Positions 47,852 through 58,996 of a stretch of 64,000 nt of DNA are shown here, in pieces. Each line of letters begins with the position of its first letter. The first letter of the stretch is position 1. The stretch comes from Phyllosticta citribraziliensis (lineage: Eukaryota). Location of the stretch: positions 1,054,001 through 1,118,000 of the forward strand of contig NW_027117345.1 in assembly GCF_038025025.1 (NCBI RefSeq), given 5' to 3'. Position numbers and translations under genes: made by a program. The notes under the pieces are model-generated. The model did not search any database, was not told where the DNA came from, and saw only the letters and a list, made by a program, of their open reading frames with translations.

Positions 47852-48275
47852 GTCTGAACAGTGAAACAATGTCTTTGGATAGCAGCGCGCGAGTGTGGCC
47901 TGAGAAGCCAAGAAGACTGGAACAGCCGTTGGCGAGACTGCGTTGTAGTCGTTGACGAAGCAGATAAGTAGTGGAATGCGACACAAAGACCGCGGTCCAG
48001 CGCAGTCCAGCGCAGTCTTATCCGCTATTCTGAATTCTGCTTGCGGCGTCGTTTGGTGTTCTGGTCACCTCTCGCGCAAAACCAAACCCCAGGTCGAACA
48101 AAGAAAACTTGTTCGCCAACCAAGCACAAGTCGGAAAAACAGAGACAGTGTTTATGTTGGCCAAACGCGTACTTTGGTTGGTGGAAGTTCCACTTGGCTT
48201 GCTCTCCATCCGCTCACTCTCGAACCTTCCGGCGCCCGCGAGACAGATATCGATCACAGCCTCCTCTTCGTCAAC

Positions 48276-48431
48276 ATGGCCCTGCAGTATCCTGCTGGCA
48301 TCGTGGCTCTGGCCCTCTTGATTGCATTTAGCTACGGGTCGTTGGCATACATAGTGCTCTCCTTCGGCGGTTGGCTGTTTGCTCAAACTCTGCAAGAATT
48401 TGATGATGAACACGAGATCCCATTATGGTGA
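48276..48431 (+). CDS. Candidate 51-aa membrane microprotein
   Basis: Strong start context CAACATGG; MALQYPAGIVALALLIAFSYGSLAYIVLSFGGWLFAQTLQEFDDEHEIPLW (about 30 hydrophobic residues, then an acidic tail). Confidence 0.4.
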   Translation: MALQYPAGIVALALLIAFSYGSLAYIVLSFGGWLFAQTLQEFDDEHEIPLW

Positions 48432-49010
48432 GGTCAAGTTATCGAGGTGCAACAAGATAGCATCTTCCTTTGAAGGACAAGACGCCGGCACCATTGAATT
48501 TTGCTGTGCGGAGCCCTGCTCTCAGAACAAGGTAGGTTCGAAGAACGCATGAGAGACAGTTGAACTCTCTCCTGGAAAGGTTCAGATCAAGGTAGACGTT
48601 GTGAAGACGGATAATGCAAATTAAGAGTACGACTATACAAACAGAATCGTCACTTACTGGTCCACTTATTGAGTGAAATGCATGGCCATGGCAAAGACGG
48701 ACGAGTGATGGACATGACCAAACAGCGACAGCCGCAGGTACCTCCGGAGTTGCGAGACATTGTAGCTCAAGCGGAAAACCAAATGTCGAGGCAGTACCAC
48801 CGTCTGCGCTATCCCAAGTGGTGACTTGCCGATTCAGGAAGTAACAAAGGACTTGGCGGTACTCGCCGTCAATCCGACTCACCTTCTCATGCGTGGTGTT
48901 ATCGTTCCAGCTTGGCCATCCCCCCTCGGTTCCATGCTTCCCTAGATCCTTTTTCTTCCTCCTATTTCTCAACCTGACCTTCATTCCTTATGCCGCCCGG
49001 GACGACCAAA

Positions 49011-51301
49011 ATGGCACCCGACCTTTCCAAGGAGGCCCTGCGCCAACGCGCCTCGTGGATTCGCGATGTTCTGGATCCGCAGATCGCGCGCGATGGCCCG
49101 GAAGTCATGTCGCCGGACGACGTACTCACGCTGCACGAGCTCTTCCAAGCACTCCTGGATGTGGAGCAGCTGTCGATGTCGGTCCTACGGTACTCGCGCA
49201 TCCACATGGCGGTGACGGACGTGTGTGGCAAAGCGACTAGGTGGCCGAAGAAGTTGGCAGAAGGCTGCGACCACGTTGTCGACGTTTGGACCGAGAGGTT
49301 TGGACGATTGACGGATGTGAGACCGAGGCTGTGCAAGTCTGAGGGAAGGCTCAACGGTATCTGTAGCGGCTTAGAGATGACGAGAGATGTAAGTGACGCT
49401 GTGACATTTGCCATGAAGAAGTCAAAACGCTGACTTGCCAAGGGACTGATAAGGTACTGGACGGACGTGGATCCGGACATCATGGACAAGCAAAGGGCCA
49501 TGAAGCATGGTTGTCTGGATTTCAAGCCTGGAGAGTAGGTGCCAATCCGATGTTGTAAAACTTTGAGAACGGGCTGATCATTTGTGGCATCAGCTGGTGG
49601 ATCAATGGCATGTTTGCCTTTCATGCCGGCATTATCGACCTACAAAGTACTGGTGGCGGCATATGTGCTGACAAGAATGGTGCCTATGCTGTCGTCATGG
49701 CTGGCTCCGACGAGATTCACAGCGAGAGTCCAGAAAAGTTCAAGTATCGTTGCAGGCCCGGCGACCCAGGGCGATTCCGCATCACCTCTGTCGTCGATTT
49801 CAGGTCCAGAAATCGCATTCGAGTTCTGAGGTCCCATACCCTTGCCAGCCTTTGGTCTCCGAGCTGTGGCATCAGATATGATGGCATCCACAAGGTTACT
49901 GGATGGACTGTAAAACCTGTCGACCCAAGCTCCAACCAGGGCCACGGCATCGCATGGGAGATTACTCTCGAGCGAGTCGAGGAACAAGATGGCCAAGAGT
50001 CGTTTGAAGAGACCCTGAAACACCCCAATGCTGAAGAGACGGACGATTACATGGAGTACAAGCGTATGCGTCGAGGGGTTAGAGATCAGGTGCACACCGA
50101 GTTGTCACAGGCCGTGACTCCGACTCAGCCGGTGCCAGACACGCCGATATTTGAAATCGCACAGAGCCCGCCCATGTCGCCAATGGCAGAGTTGCCAACC
50201 ACGTTGGTCTCGCCGTCTCTTCAGGAACCGACGGCGAAGCCTGCTTCAGGCAGCCCACGAAGGAAATCGATCGCACCGCCACCGTCACCAGGGCCGACGT
50301 CAGGTCCTGGGTTCCGGACAGAGCGCGAGCCATCGACGGCATCGCCACGGACATTGACCGCTTCTTCGGCGTTGAGAAAGTCCCTCTCCACCAACAATCC
50401 TAGGAAGAAGTCGGAGATGGCGTCTTCGAGGTTGAGAGCAGACAGCGGTGCAGGCCGTGGCAGCCCAAATCATGCTGGAGGCAGGGTGGACCGGAGGAGT
50501 TCAAGGAATAGCGCAAAAGGACCACGCAACTTTGCTCGATCAATTTCGCGCCTGTTTGACGGTCAAGTTGATGAGGTTCCAGAGTCACCCTTCGGCTCGA
50601 CAGTGGAGAAGCCATCATATTTCCCCTTGACCAAGTCACAGCCCGAGGAGGATGGGGAGGGCAACAAGACTCCGTTCCTTCGCCAGCCGGAATGGGGAAA
50701 TCCAGAGCCCGAAACCCCAGGACCGGCGGAGAAGAGCCGCAGCAGAAAGCGTCGTGACCGTGCCGTGTATGAAGCACTGGAAAAGGCAGACTTTCCAGAG
50801 CCCAGCTTATTCCTGGCGGCGCTCAACGAGGTCTGGGACGATTTCGAGGACCCGGAGTATCCGGACATGGTGCTGGAAGACATGGATTCAAAGAAGAGGC
50901 TCGATTCGGACAACTACCTGCTTCGCATCCCACCCGGTGGCATCGATTTGTACAAATTCTTTACGCAGCAAGCGGGCGAAGACGAGTTCTTTGGTCGGCA
51001 TTTTTCCACCAATTCCGAAGGATCAGGACGGGTCAATTCAGAATCCGAGCACAGCCACGAGATTGGTGGAGTGCTGCGCGACATGTCGTTTGAGAAGCGG
51101 CGACGCGTCAGTATTGCTAGTTGCATGAGCGATCGAAGCACTCGAAGCAGTGCCGGGCTGGACATGGCGAGGATCACAGACGAAGCCCATTTCAACAAGG
51201 TTGCCATGAGGCCGGGTATTGTGAGGTTCGGGACCATGACCATGTTGAAGAGGCAGAGCGTCATGGAAAACGTGGACGAAGGGTCGGAGGTATCATTTTG
51301 A
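49011..51301 (+). CDS. SRA/YDG (PUA-like) domain protein with N-terminal helical domain and disordered tail
   Basis: Introns 49389-49442 and 49535-49593 give HGCLDFKPGDWWINGMFAFHAGII...GGICADKNGAYAVVM...RIRVLRSHTLASLWSPSCGIRYDGIHKV. Alternative ATG at 48990. Confidence 0.85.
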
Positions 51302-53312
51302 GGCGGGTTCGACAAGCGGGCTCAGGTTTGTACGCTGTAGGAAATTGGCTTGGTGGTGAATCATTCAATATTGCTGATGCAGAGAAGCATCAGTCAGCGT
51401 TGGTTGTGCATGTGCCGACAGATTAATTACGAGCTCGCCGCTGAACAAGATCGGTGCACCCGTACTCAAAGATCGTCGAGTCTTTCTTGTCTCTCACACG
51501 AGGTGTCGTGTGTCCAGCTCAAGATCCCCAGATGGTTGCCGAGGACCGAGCAAGGCACGAGACGGACAGGGTGCAAAGTTGTGTTGGAAAGTCCTGAGCT
51601 TCGCGGACCAAAATAGACATGGCGACGACGAGGTGCTCAAAGGAACGATTGCTGAGGATAGATTCAGGTGTCCAGGGTGACGCATCCATAAACAGGGGCC
51701 CAGCGGGAACGGGATCCTTCGTCTGAGTGAGATGCAATGGCGATATGCAGGGGCAGCTGATGCAAGCGGGGAAGGAGCTTCAGCTCCGTCATCAGCTACG
51801 ACTTTGGCGCTTGTATCATTGCAAGCGACGCGCGGCACGACGACGTGGGTAGTGAAGAAGCGGAACGAATGGTGGTGGTGAGGGCGAGGTGCAGATGGTG
51901 TAGCGAAAATTCGGGTTGTGGATCCATGACTGACTAAGCGGGTCCCTTAGTCAGGGAGGGCACGGGCCCGGGGAGCACCACCTCCGGCTCACGACACCAA
52001 AGTCAAGGATCCCTCTGTGAACCAGCACGACGCCTAGAGGACAAGCGCAGGAACCAAACATTCGATTGTGGGCTTGGCCCATCCAAATTCCACGTCTTAT
52101 TGCACCACGTCTCCAGCGCTCGGTCTCGGATGAGGAATGCCTGCAGAGGCACAACCGAAGCACGGTAAAGTGTCATGCCGAGCACACGTGTCTCAAAGGT
52201 TGCGAGTTGGGATGGTTTAAACGGTGGACCGACGGTTCCTGACCACACGACCGGGTCCCGTCGATCAACCTTATACCGCTGGCCAATTACAATGACGGCG
52301 CTTGCGACGGGTAGAGTAGCTCTGTTGCACGTCGAGTTTTGCGACGACTGCGTTGCGAAACGAATACGGATTATCTGGCAGAGAAGGACGACCGCAGAGG
52401 CCTTGGGCCTGCGCTGGCAGCCCAGGTGGAGTCCACTCCCTGTAGGTTCACGTACAGTACATGTAATGTAGGCAGGCAGCTGGCTCGGGCTTTGAGGTGG
52501 GGAGCAGACGACATGACATGGACATGAACGAGTCAGCTTGGTTGGGTTCATTCCACGCCGAAACATGACGTAGCCTTCACGGATGCTGCGGTTTCTGTGT
52601 CTCGACGAAGCTTGAGTGTTTCTGCCGGCGTTTATGTGCTTGGAGCACAACATTCGACTGCTTCACGCGGTCGCTGGGTGTGAAGGGCGTGGTGCGACGA
52701 TTCGGTCAGAGTGGACGCTGCGCTGCGCGTCATCCGGAATCCCAGCCCAGCCTCCACTCGACGGCATCGGATGCTGCAAACAGCCATCAAGACAGACACC
52801 CATCAGACATCAGTACGCCTAACGCTTCTAGCGCCGTCGCCATGCAATTGCCTTGACAGACGTTTCAGGCCGCTCCATTGGCCCCAGATCCTCGCTAGTG
52901 CCTGGTGTCCCTGTGCGCCACCAAGCACCCTCCAGCCTCCCGCTTTACGACAGCCACATATACATGCCGCTGCTGTCGCGTACCAACCACCTGCGCCCGC
53001 TCCGCTCACCTCACCACGTTCAATCCCCCCAATTCCGCCTCAATTCTGGGCCTTGGACCGCTCTTTTCTTGGGCCTTTCTACGCCGCTCGCTCGTCTTGC
53101 TCTTCCTGTCGTTGCAAAGTCTATGCCAATCACGCCTTGAGCCCTCCGCCTCCACACAGGCCCCGTTGCACTGCGCCGTCAGCTTCGCCCATGCGCCCCC
53201 TCTGCTCTACTTAGCTCCAATTTCTCCTGCTGCTCCGGGTTCAGCAGCTCCTCCCCGCCCGTCGCATCAATTGTGACCCAGGCCCTTCTCCACCTTTGAT
53301 TTTCCAACCCGA

Positions 53313-55854
53313 ATGGCAACCAGGCTGGCCAAGTTGACCGCCATGGCCAACACTCCTCACACCAATGGAATATACTCTGACATGTCGGTCGATGGCCCCG
53401 AGATTGGCACCTTGGTCGTCGTCGTCGACCGCGCAAAGAACCTGCCAAACCGCAAGACCATGGGCAAGCAAGATCCATACTGCGCAGCTCGGCTGGGCAA
53501 GGAAGCAAAAAAGACCGAGACCGACAAGAGAGGAGGTCAGACTCCAAAATGGTTCGTCCATCGTTGCCAAGTGACTTGTTCCCCCTCTGATAGCAACCAG
53601 GGACCAGGAGCTGCGCTTCACCGTCCGCGAGTCGCCCGACTACTACACCATGAAGGTATCCGTCTTCAACGACGACAAAAAGACCGAGTTGATTGGCGAA
53701 ACCTTCATCAGGTTATTCGACGTCATCGTTCCCGGGGGTGGACAGAGCGACACCTGGCACAGCCTCCAGTGCAAAGGAAAATATGCCGGGGAGATCCGGT
53801 TGGAGCTTACCTACTACGACACTCGCCCGCCGAGTGAAGCTACACCGGTTGTAGAGCCAAAACAAGAATACGCGCCTGTAAAAAGACGTCCGCTGCCAAA
53901 GAATCCTGCTGCTCCATCCGAGTCTCCAATCATGGCAGGCGAAATCCCTCCGCCAACAAAATCTCCTCGAAGCTATCACTCACTGCGACACAGCCCTCCA
54001 AAGGAGCCTAGCTCTTTACCGTTTTCGCCTGCCGACTTTGACGTCTATCACCAGTACCCGGTTCAGCCGGTTGCACAGCCCCCCCAACATGCACATCACG
54101 CTAGGCCGCAGTCAATTGTACTGCAAACCTCTCGTCCAATGCACGACCTTCGTGCTCGGCCACAAAGCTACATTGAGCTACCACATGCTCACTCCGCCCC
54201 TAATGTCCCTACTCAAGACCACATGCCCGATGCGTTTTACGATAGAGACACACACTACCCTCCAGACCCGCGAGAACAGCCACAACCATATCCCCCGCGG
54301 CATGAGGTTGCTCTTCGAGATCCAGCCCAGCAACCTGGCCAGAACGGCAATTACTCGTACGGGGCTGCCTGGCGAACCAAGAGCGCCATGCAGCCTACCG
54401 TGGAAGACGAAGTTGAGGTAGCTCCACCCCCTCCGCCGGCGCATCGAAGGACTCCTCCAAATGCGTTGGTCCAAGCTCCAAGGTATCCAGTCGACATGGC
54501 TCCCGCACCTCTCAATGTGAGGCAGGAAAGACGTCTTAGCCATCCAAGAGGCCATGTCACTCCTGGACAGTCTCCCCAGTCTGCTAATCCCCCCGATTTT
54601 CCACCGCCTCTCACGCCCACGACCATCTCTCCAGACCATCGCGTACCTCCCCAACACCACAGATATAGCATGAGTGGATATTCTCCGTCTAATCACTACC
54701 CTGTGTATCAAACTCCTCCCCGACACCCGCAGCAACTCGAGTACCACACTCCGCCCAGCCACAGCGGTGCAACCCGGCCGTCACCACTGGTTCACTCTGA
54801 ATCTGCTCCAGCAGCGCCCGAGCAGCACTACTATCAACATCAACAGCTTGTGCCCCGAGACTCAGAACCCATGTTCAGGCAGCGTCCGGTCAGTCCTGGG
54901 CCAAGCCCTACGGATGCTCGCCAGCCACGAATGATGGGCCGCAACACACCAAACCGCAAATCAGTGTCGCCACGGCCCCCCCCTAGCGAAGCACCCAGCC
55001 AAATGGTGCCGTACGGACCAGACAGCTTCAACACGTACAACCCGCGGGCCAGCCCCACGCCCCCCTCGCGCGACGGCAGCGGCAACCAATCTCGCGACAT
55101 GGACCTGCATGCCCGTGATGAGCAGGGCAACATCATCACACAAGACGGCCGCAAAGTCGACCCCTCGGACCACCTCCCCGTCGACTCGTGGGCGCCCGAG
55201 CCCGAGCCCAAGGGCAAGGACCGCAACAAGCAGACGCCGACACGGCCACGCGAGCGGCTAAACGGCGCACGCGAACTGCACTCGGGCGGCGGCCCTGGGC
55301 GCAGCGCCGGCAACCCGGGCTCAGACCGCGCCATCCGCGACGCGGTGGAGACGCAGTTTGGCCGCAGCCCTGGTGGCGGACACAGCCCTGCCATGGACGC
55401 GTCGCCCTCGCCTTCCAGCAACGGCAGCGGCAGCAGCAACAACATGATGATGGTGGCGGCGCCGCGGCGGCTGCAGAAGCGCAGCACGGCGCCCATGCCG
55501 CTGCGCGAGCGCGAGAACATCAACACCCACGTCCCTCCGGCGTCGTCGTACAACCACCACCAGCAGCAGCACTACTCGCCCCACGGCGGTAACGGCCACC
55601 AGCAGTACTCGCCGCAGCATCACCACCACCCCCATAACCAAAACCACTTCTACGCCAAGAGTCCCGGCGGTGGCGGCGGGGCAGCCGCCAACTACGCCGG
55701 CCACGGCGCTCCGCCCATCCCCGCCAAGATCCCGATTAACCACCAGGACGGCATGGGAGCGGACGATCTGGCGGCGCTGAGCCACGAGTTGCGCGGGATA
55801 GACATTGGTCCGGCGCCGAGCAGTACGCGGAGGAAGTGGCTGAGGAGGTCGTGA
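53313..55854 (+). CDS. fic1: C2-domain cytokinesis ingression protein (Inn1/Fic1-like) with Pro-rich tail
   Basis: Intron 53552-53600 gives GTLVVVVDRAKNLPNRKTMGKQDPYC...TDKRGGQTPKWDQELRF...KVSVFNDDKKTELIGE...KGKYAGEIRLELTYY, then RRPLP and many PxxP motifs. Confidence 0.85.
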
Positions 55855-56023
55855 GTGCGCTGTGGATACGTAATCTTTTCCCTCTCCCTCTCCTTTCTGC
55901 TCTCGCACTTTTCCTTCCTCTCGGATACTGGCTGGCATGGACTACGGGCGGGCATGGACGGATGGATTGATTGAGATATGCATGCATGTACGATGGATGA
56001 GACGTCGATGACGACGCTACGAG

Positions 56024-57019
56024 TTTTTTTTTTTTTTTTTTCCCGTTCATTCCTTTTAGGGAGCCATGGGTATGGGGGGTTTGCGTGGACATGGACATGG
56101 GCATGTCGTTGGGGAGGGCATTCGGGGCGTAGAGTTGGTGGAAAAAAGATGAGGGAATGGAGAGGAGAGGAGAGGGCGGAAGAGAGGGAAGGAAAGTGAA
56201 AGAGAAAAGAGAATGAATGGAAGACTTGCATGATGATTTGATGGATGACACAGCGAAGGCGACGTCATGGCATGGCATGGCAGAGGAGGTCTCCGACTGA
56301 TTGACTGACGGGAGTGGTTGAACCACGTGTTGCTTCTCGGCACCTAAACACAAATTACATCTACTACACGTCCGCCTCCATCTCTTCTATCATAAACCCA
56401 AGTCACCTCAACGGACGGCACAAGTAGTCAGTCAATCACGCACATCAGAAAAAGCCTCCAGTATTTCAGTGCGCAGAGAAAGAATCCGTTATACTCCTTT
56501 TTTTGGTAACGCGTGTGAGTGTGATATATACCTCTCCTCCTTCCCACCCTCTCTCCATCTGCGTCTGTCCGTCCGCTTATGCTACAAGTCCACGCACCCT
56601 CGACAGTAGCAGCAAAAACCCCATCCGACGAGTTACCTCCACACGCGCACACTACTACTGCTGCTGCTGCCTGTCCGCCTGCCTGTCTGCTCTCGGAGTA
56701 TCTCATGCGCGCGAGAAGAAGAAAAAAATGAACCAAGAGAGTTGTGGAACAACAGAAACAAAATGACACAAAGACAAAGAGAAGAAACAAGCATATGCAA
56801 GAAGGTGTAAGATTGCCCGGCGTCTACGGTCGTCAGGGGGTACCACCACGGCACATATTGTGGTGATGGTGATGGTGATGGTGGGTGTGGGAGAGCATGC
56901 AATGCAAGTGCCAATGCCAAATGCCAATGCTAATGCCAGTGCTAAATGCAGAGCATCAAGTGCAGCAGTCAGTGAGTGCTATGCCAATGCAAATGCTTCG
57001 GAAAAAAAAAAAAAAAAAA
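56024..57019. repeat. Simple-sequence-rich convergent intergenic region: poly-T (56024-56041), (GGTGAT)n, (AATGCY)n, poly-A (57002-57019)
   Basis: Directly visible runs between the C2 gene and the ferric reductase. Confidence 0.85.
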
Positions 57020-57157
57020 GACGACAACAAAAACTCAAATGCTATGGGAGGAGGAAAAAACGCTGCCTCGAAAGGAGGATGAGGAAAAAGTGGACTTTGA
57101 ATTGAGCCTGCTCCATCGACAAAGACGGAGAAGAAGCGGAGAAGAAAACAAGACGCG

Positions 57158-58996
57158 CTAGTAAGTAAACGCCTCTTCAATGTAGTCAATGCTTCCCTCG
57201 TCGACCCTCTTGCGGACGGCCTCGCGGACGCCGTCGGAAAAGGCGCCAGCGCCGCACACCGTGACGGCGACGGCGCCCGTGCGCTCCTCGATTTCGCGAT
57301 CGACGATGGTCTGCACGTCGCAGCGGCCGGGGAACATTTGCACCGAGCCGGAGCTGCTGTTGATTTCGGCGTGGTTGCGCGGGCGCGTGATGAAGAGCAG
57401 GATGCGCAGGCACTCGCGGCGGCCAGGCATGCGTAGGATCTCGTCCATCCACGGCCGCACCCATTCCAGGCACTCGGTCGACGGTATTGTCCACACTAGC
57501 ACCACCTTGCGCGCTGCGAGCGATCCGGCGTGGTAGCCGGCGACCAAGTGTCGCACGTACGACGTCTGGTGCGTGATGCCCACGCCGGCGGCGAAGAGGA
57601 TCACGGTTCCGTAGCTGTCGAGCGATTCGTGGCCGCCGTACGGGCCCTCGATCATGCCCGTGGTCGTCAGGATGCCGTTAGGCTGTTTGCAGGCGCGGTC
57701 GTACATGGAGCGCGTGAAGCCCTCGCGAGCACGGCACACGAGGCCGATGCTGCGCATGGGCAGATGAGGGCGCGTCAGGTCCGTGTCGTTGGAGCGTTCA
57801 GTCGTCGGCAGGCCCAGCTTCTCGTCTTCAAAGTCGACTTGGGCGGCGGATGGTGTTGCCCAGGCGACGGAAAAGGGGTGCGAAGACCAGCCGCCAATCG
57901 AGGGAACGTAGAGATGGACGTGGCTGCCCGGGCGATGGTACCAGGGGCGCACCAGATCGATGGTGACGCGAACCGCCTCGCTGGGCATTGCTTCGATGGT
58001 GACCTTGGACAGGCCGCGTACCGAGACGTTGTAGCGGACGAGCTTCCAGGTGCGGAAGATCCACTCGCAGATCCAGAGCGAAAAGGCGAGCTTGACCCAG
58101 GGCAGCTGGGGCAGCTGGTGCAGGTCAATGTGCAAGTAAAGGCCGACGATGGAGCAAACGACCATCAGGCGATGGACGTTGAGGAATGTCTCGTAGAAAG
58201 CGTGACGGACGGGAGACCAGGCTTGCACTCCAAGGACGACAAAGGCAACGGTTCCCAAGGTTCCCCATTGGTACGAGGGAGTGGTGCCGAGCAACTCCCT
58301 GACGCCGGCCCACTTGGTGCCCGCGTTGTATGTGTTGAGCAGCCAGCACAAGGTGTGGACGACGGACTCGACAATGACGATGCGGGCGGCCCAGCGGTGG
58401 AGGAGGTTGAAGGTGTCGTAGCTCACGTGCAGCATCCAGATCAACGGGTTGTTGCGCAGAGCAAAGAGGATGGTGGGAATGAGGTTGAGGGCAGCCAGGG
58501 TGCCGGAGCGACCTCTGAGGGCGGCGGCCACCGAGGCCGAGTTTGCTCTGCCCCACGGCAGGGCCAGGCAGTAGGCGACATTGCTAAAGGTGTAGATGAG
58601 AATCAGGACCAGGTGGAAGCGCGAGGGCAGGGTGCCAAGGCCAATGGTGCCGAGCTTGATCTCGTCGTTCTTCTTCTTGTTGAAGATGGGAGCGTAGATG
58701 AAGTGCTGCTTGAGCCAGGGTACGATCTGGGTCTGGTTGTGCCTCCAGTAGGCTTGCTTGTGCTGTGTGCCCATGACCGAGACATGGCGTATGTGGTTGT
58801 TGTACATGCGGGCGAAGCGAACCAACAGCGTCAGGGCAACGATGCAACCAAAGGTTACAAGAAGCACGTCGGTCCATAGAAAGTTGCCAGTCTGGTCGAC
58901 GCCGGTGAGACCGCTGGCAAAGCGGAAGGGATCCGAGGACCGCTTTGAAAGAGCAGAGAGGCTCCACCGGGGAGGGTCTTGAGGGTGGGACTCCAT
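57158..58996 (-). CDS. Ferric/cupric reductase (FRE family metalloreductase), 612 aa, intronless
   Basis: RSGTLAALN, LRNNPLI, FNLLHRWAAR, YETFLNVH (heme His); HPFS (FAD); EGPYG, AGVGIT, VCGAGAFSD, EEAFTY (NADPH binding). Confidence 0.95.
   Translation of the reverse strand: MESHPQDPPRWSLSALSKRSSDPFRFASGLTGVDQTGNFLWTDVLLVTFGCIVALTLLVRFARMYNNHIRHVSVMGTQHKQAYWRHNQTQIVPWLKQHFIYAPIFNKKKNDEIKLGTIGLGTLPSRFHLVLILIYTFSNVAYCLALPWGRANSASVAAALRGRSGTLAALNLIPTILFALRNNPLIWMLHVSYDTFNLLHRWAARIVIVESVVHTLCWLLNTYNAGTKWAGVRELLGTTPSYQWGTLGTVAFVVLGVQAWSPVRHAFYETFLNVHRLMVVCSIVGLYLHIDLHQLPQLPWVKLAFSLWICEWIFRTWKLVRYNVSVRGLSKVTIEAMPSEAVRVTIDLVRPWYHRPGSHVHLYVPSIGGWSSHPFSVAWATPSAAQVDFEDEKLGLPTTERSNDTDLTRPHLPMRSIGLVCRAREGFTRSMYDRACKQPNGILTTTGMIEGPYGGHESLDSYGTVILFAAGVGITHQTSYVRHLVAGYHAGSLAARKVVLVWTIPSTECLEWVRPWMDEILRMPGRRECLRILLFITRPRNHAEINSSSGSVQMFPGRCDVQTIVDREIEERTGAVAVTVCGAGAFSDGVREAVRKRVDEGSIDYIEEAFTY

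Noticed and set aside
57530..58879. 449-aa ORF antisense to the ferric reductase
   Set aside because: Expected shadow of a GC3-rich gene.
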